Part shown: positions 60,229 to 64,000 of the stretch, piece after piece
Layout of the letters: the number at the start of each line of letters is the position of its first letter
Numbering within the stretch: position 1 is the stretch's first letter
NCBI GenBank assembly: GCA_951813565.1
Contig: OX638351.1
Coordinates: 4,000,001 to 4,064,000 of the forward strand
Source of the DNA: an uncultured Poribacteria bacterium
Lineage (GTDB): Bacteria > Poribacteria > WGA-4E > WGA-3G
Direction: 5' to 3'
DNA length: 64,000 nucleotides
Notes under the pieces: model-generated
What the model saw: the letters and a program-made list of their open reading frames with translations, nothing else
Databases searched by the model: none
What the model was told of the DNA's origin: nothing
Made by a program: the position numbers and the translations under genes

Positions 60229-60963
60229 TCACTTCATTTTAAGTTTTGCCCAAGTCGTTGCAAGTTTAGAGCGCGATGAGACAACCTGAGGTGTTCGTCT
60301 GCCGGGACCACCATTTGGTATATTGTCTCCAGTAATTTCAACATCATCAAACCTTACCCGCGCATCTGCGACCACGAGACCAGCTTGACCGCCATCTAAT
60401 GGCTCAGGATCAAATGCTGTGAAAACTTGGGGCTCAGCATCAGGCTCTGCATCCAAATTTTGTATACTAAACTCAAGATCTCCTTCTTCATAAACAGTAG
60501 CTTTAAGTTGATACCATGTATCTTCTTCTGGGGCAAAAAAGTGTCGCACGGTTGACCAGTCATCGTGAACGGATTTCACAATTCTGACAGAGTCATAGAC
60601 ATAATCAATAAAAAATAAATAGCGACTATCTTCCTCACCTCTATCGTGAAGCGTCAGTCCAATGGTTGGTGGTTCGTTTCTATCGTCAACTAACTTTGCG
60701 CTGCAGGAGACACTATAGTTTTCCCACTTCAGGTCTCCTGTCAGCCAGAGACTCATAAAACCCGGTTCAAAGATTTCACCAACAGCCTCGTTGTTATTAA
60801 TCCACCATTTTTCGGCTTGGCGATTGAGGTTATAGATTTTCCATTCGCGCGTGTCATTGTCTTCAAAATCATCTCGCCACGTGCCTGCAAAAGTAGGTAA
60901 AACCGTATAAATTGATAGACAGACAATAACGGTGAAAATAATTGTTACCATAGATTTTTTCAT
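60229..60963 (-). CDS. secreted ConA/DUF1080-like beta-sandwich protein with KLATTW C-terminal motif
   Basis: Signal peptide, WRDDFED, RFDDVEITG and terminal SKLATTWAKLKMK. Confidence 0.7.
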   Translation of the reverse strand: MKKSMVTIIFTVIVCLSIYTVLPTFAGTWRDDFEDNDTREWKIYNLNRQAEKWWINNNEAVGEIFEPGFMSLWLTGDLKWENYSVSCSAKLVDDRNEPPTIGLTLHDRGEEDSRYLFFIDYVYDSVRIVKSVHDDWSTVRHFFAPEEDTWYQLKATVYEEGDLEFSIQNLDAEPDAEPQVFTAFDPEPLDGGQAGLVVADARVRFDDVEITGDNIPNGGPGRRTPQVVSSRSKLATTWAKLKMK

Positions 60964-60972
60964 AATATCCTC

Positions 60973-63900
60973 CTAAAGTCCTTTTACGATGCATTGTGCA
61001 TGTGAATCTGCATAAGGACAAGAACAACAATGCTCAAGGTTTTTTGTAAAGATGCCCTGCTGCAGCGATGTAATTTGATTTTGCAACTGCTTAGAAATCT
61101 CCGCAAAATCATCGTTGTTGAAGCACATCTGTTCAGAATCGTTTTGTTCCGTAAAATAAAAGGCAATACCCACATTCTGTTCATTTGGATAGGCTTTATG
61201 GAAGAGTAACGCATATAAACCCATTTCTGGTTTACAACATTCTAAATTTTGTGTTTCAAAAATTTTGAAATTGATAATCTGCCATTGCCCAGTTTGATCT
61301 TTAAAAAGCCTATCAAACCGACTTGATATGATATGTCCATTAATATCGGCATGGAGTTGCTGGTTGGTATAGGATTCAGTTGCGGAGAACGCTGTTGCTG
61401 CAAGTTCAGAATTCAGAAAATTATTGATGTGTGTTTCAAGTGTAATTTTTAAATCCTCCGCTGTTGATTGATTTATAGTCTTGAGATAATTCTCGAATGT
61501 TGTCTCAATCAGGTTGTCAAGATTTTCTGCGTGTGGTGGGTGTTTGATTCTTGCAAAGATGTGGCGGATTGCTACCTCCACTTCAGTTTTACCCAAATCT
61601 CTTTGTACTTCATCAATCGGTGGAATTCTTAACACATTTTCCAACTGGTACCGTAATGGACAAAGCGCGTAGTTAGCAAGTTCAGTAACAGAAAAAGAGG
61701 CATCAAAATTTGATGGTCTCAGAGGTAGAAACGGTTTCTCTGGAAAATCATCTGAAAATATTTCATAGGATATTTTATTTGCATCACCAGTGTCATATAC
61801 TTGTTCGATAATCGGAATGTTTAGTTGAAAAGATTCACTATCACCAGTGTTATTTGAATATATTTCCAACATAACAAGTAGGCTAACAGAATCGTTTTCT
61901 TTACTGATTCCAATGTGTTCGTATAACCATTTAAGCATGTTTTGGAGGTTGTTGAAATGATTGAGTGAACCCGATAGGATAAGTCGATCTTCCGCTCGGG
62001 TTGCGCCAACATAAAACAAACGCTTCATTTCGGCTTCATCTTTAGCATTAGCACGTTCTTTCATCAGTTCAACAATCTCTGGCGCAGTTTTCTCGTAACC
62101 CTTCTTTGGATCAAGTGGACTGAAACCGATACCGAGTCTTTCATCAATGAACGGTTCTTTTGCGAATTGCCCTATACGATTTAGACAAGGCAGTATAACC
62201 ACAGGAAATTGTTTGCCTTTAGCGGAATGGATAGTCATAATTTGAACTGATCCGCTGGTATCTTCAATTGGTGCTTGTCCCTCCAGGGGTTCTTCGGTAA
62301 TTAGTGTATCTAAAAAATCAATGAAATTAGTTAGCGTTTGTTCGTTTTCATCGCTATCAAAATTTCTTGCGAGTTCTAAAAGTTTTTGGTAATTTGCCCA
62401 TCGTTGTTGCCCTTGTTTACCTAATTTTAGTGTTCCGATCATTCCTGTTTCATTAACAATCGTTAGAATGAGTTGGTTTACTGGCATGCGGTGGACAACA
62501 TGCATGTGATTTTTTAAGGTATCAATTGCGTTTTGGAGATATTCTGTAGGTGTTTGGTAGTTTAACACTTTTTCCCAGAAACTTTTTCCGTTTTGCAGCG
62601 AAATTTCGTACAGTTCGGTGTCGGATATACCGAAAGCAGGACCGCGCAGGATTCCAACAAGGGATGTCCCATATTCTGATGGCGCGTTAAGAAAGTTGAG
62701 GTAGTTCCAAACATCGTAAATCTCTTGTCGTTGATAGAAACCGACACCTCCTGTCGTGAGATAAGGGATGTCTGCGGAAAGTAGCGCATGTTCAATATCA
62801 GGGAGGTGTCTTCTACTGCGGATGAGGATGGCAATGTCGCCATACTTAATAGGTCGTGGTTCTTCATCTCTATCTTCACCTCGCACCCATACCTTTTCCT
62901 CGTTTTCTATCATTTTTTTAATGTGTTGTGCTATGAGTGTGCATTCGTTGGCTTCCTCGTTGTCATATTGTCCGAGAATGATTTCTATGGCACCGTTTGC
63001 ATCAACAGCGCGCGCTTTGGTAAGAGAGTCATACGACACCTCAAATTCAGTTTCGCTTCCATCCTTCATCAAACGTTCAAAAAAGTGATTAACAAACCCT
63101 ACCGCATCGCGTAGGGAACGGAAATTTTCTTTGAGTTGAATATCCATTCCATCGTTGTTAATTATTTTTTGCTTTGTTTTATCAAAAACGCGTACATCAG
63201 CACCGCGGAATCCATAAATGCTTTGTTTGGGGTCCCCTACGATAAATAGATTCGCATCATTCAATTCGTTTGTAAGTAGCATTACTAATTGATACTGTAA
63301 TTCGTTTGTGTCCTGATATTCGTCTATCATGTAGTATTTGTGGCGATTTACTAATTCCCTGCGGATTTTTTCGTTATTACGGAGTAGATCGCGCGTTTTT
63401 ATTTGTAGGTCGGCAAAGTCAAGTTTACCTTGAGCGAGTTTGTCATTTTGGTATTTCTCAAAGATTTGGGTATAAAGGGTGAGTAAGTCTCGCGTAGTAC
63501 TAAGCAGAAATTCATCATCTGTTTTGTCCGCTTGCATATCAGGTGATGGCACTTCTTTAATCTTCGCTGCAACTGATTCAAGAAATTTGATTTCAGTCTC
63601 AATGGCGGTTGTATCAACACCTTTTTTAAGAAAATTGGTTGTTGCAATGCTACCATTTTTAATAGTAATTAAATCCGCAATCTCTTTAAGCAATTTTAGC
63701 ACATCGGGCGATCTTGGATTTCGATCCGGTAATATTTCTAATTTTGCGTTTAATATATTGACCTCTGATACATTCTTACCTCTGGCAACCTGTAAAACAA
63801 CTGTTAGACATTGGCTGAATTCTTCTATATCAGTTTCTGACGGTAGTCCATCTTGAAAAGCGTTTTTCCATACATCTGGAATCTGTTGATCGGTAGGATT

Positions 63901-64000
63901 AGGATAAACATTTTCTATCAGATTTTCAATTAACTCTCGTTTTTCAACCATATTCGAAAACAGGTCTACCAATTTTTTACGGTTTCCATAGCGTTGCAAA
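60973..64000 (-). CDS. AddA/RecB-like UvrD helicase-nuclease, 5' end beyond the right window edge
   Basis: IDEYQDTN, VGDPKQSIYGFRGA, ENFRS, MTIHSAKG and YVGATRA; C-terminal PD-(D/E)xK-like domain with Fe-S Cys residues. Confidence 0.88.
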   Translation of the reverse strand, partial: LQRYGNRKKLVDLFSNMVEKRELIENLIENVYPNPTDQQIPDVWKNAFQDGLPSETDIEEFSQCLTVVLQVARGKNVSEVNILNAKLEILPDRNPRSPDVLKLLKEIADLITIKNGSIATTNFLKKGVDTTAIETEIKFLESVAAKIKEVPSPDMQADKTDDEFLLSTTRDLLTLYTQIFEKYQNDKLAQGKLDFADLQIKTRDLLRNNEKIRRELVNRHKYYMIDEYQDTNELQYQLVMLLTNELNDANLFIVGDPKQSIYGFRGADVRVFDKTKQKIINNDGMDIQLKENFRSLRDAVGFVNHFFERLMKDGSETEFEVSYDSLTKARAVDANGAIEIILGQYDNEEANECTLIAQHIKKMIENEEKVWVRGEDRDEEPRPIKYGDIAILIRSRRHLPDIEHALLSADIPYLTTGGVGFYQRQEIYDVWNYLNFLNAPSEYGTSLVGILRGPAFGISDTELYEISLQNGKSFWEKVLNYQTPTEYLQNAIDTLKNHMHVVHRMPVNQLILTIVNETGMIGTLKLGKQGQQRWANYQKLLELARNFDSDENEQTLTNFIDFLDTLITEEPLEGQAPIEDTSGSVQIMTIHSAKGKQFPVVILPCLNRIGQFAKEPFIDERLGIGFSPLDPKKGYEKTAPEIVELMKERANAKDEAEMKRLFYVGATRAEDRLILSGSLNHFNNLQNMLKWLYEHIGISKENDSVSLLVMLEIYSNNTGDSESFQLNIPIIEQVYDTGDANKISYEIFSDDFPEKPFLPLRPSNFDASFSVTELANYALCPLRYQLENVLRIPPIDEVQRDLGKTEVEVAIRHIFARIKHPPHAENLDNLIETTFENYLKTINQSTAEDLKITLETHINNFLNSELAATAFSATESYTNQQLHADINGHIISSRFDRLFKDQTGQWQIINFKIFETQNLECCKPEMGLYALLFHKAYPNEQNVGIAFYFTEQNDSEQMCFNNDDFAEISKQLQNQITSLQQGIFTKNLEHCCSCPYADSHAQCIVKGL

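Noticed and set aside
1..64000. tRNA, rRNA or prophage genes
   Set aside because: None were recognisable by eye; a tRNAscan/Rfam run would be needed to exclude them fully.

Overview
Bacterial chromosomal window (roughly 40% GC by eye). The gene content points to Candidatus Poribacteria, a sponge symbiont (inference): several PhyH dioxygenases, WD40 and LVIVD secreted proteins ending in an NxPNPFNPETWIPY domain, and a KLATTW C-terminal motif. Bases 1-9690 (minus strand) hold a type III-D CRISPR effector operon: cas10 with GGDD and no HD motif, cas7-cas5/csx10, cas11, cas7, cas7, csx19, cas7, an uncharacterised helical plus OB-like gene, and a CARF gene that runs off the left edge and is absent from the ORF track. 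No CRISPR array, cas1, cas2 or cas6 is visible. The rest is housekeeping and secreted-protein genes, a probably decaying type II R-M pair, IS701- and ISKra4-family elements and MITEs. Two non-coding observations stand out. (1) At 13177-13736 is a 560-bp protein-free IS200/IS605-family element containing domains I-III of a group II intron fused directly to a TnpB omegaRNA-like right end, downstream of a near-consensus sigma70 promoter. (2) A family of ~33-45-bp AATCAAC+hairpin micro-elements inserts into GTAG-type REP palindromes and into each other; empty and filled sites are both present in this window.
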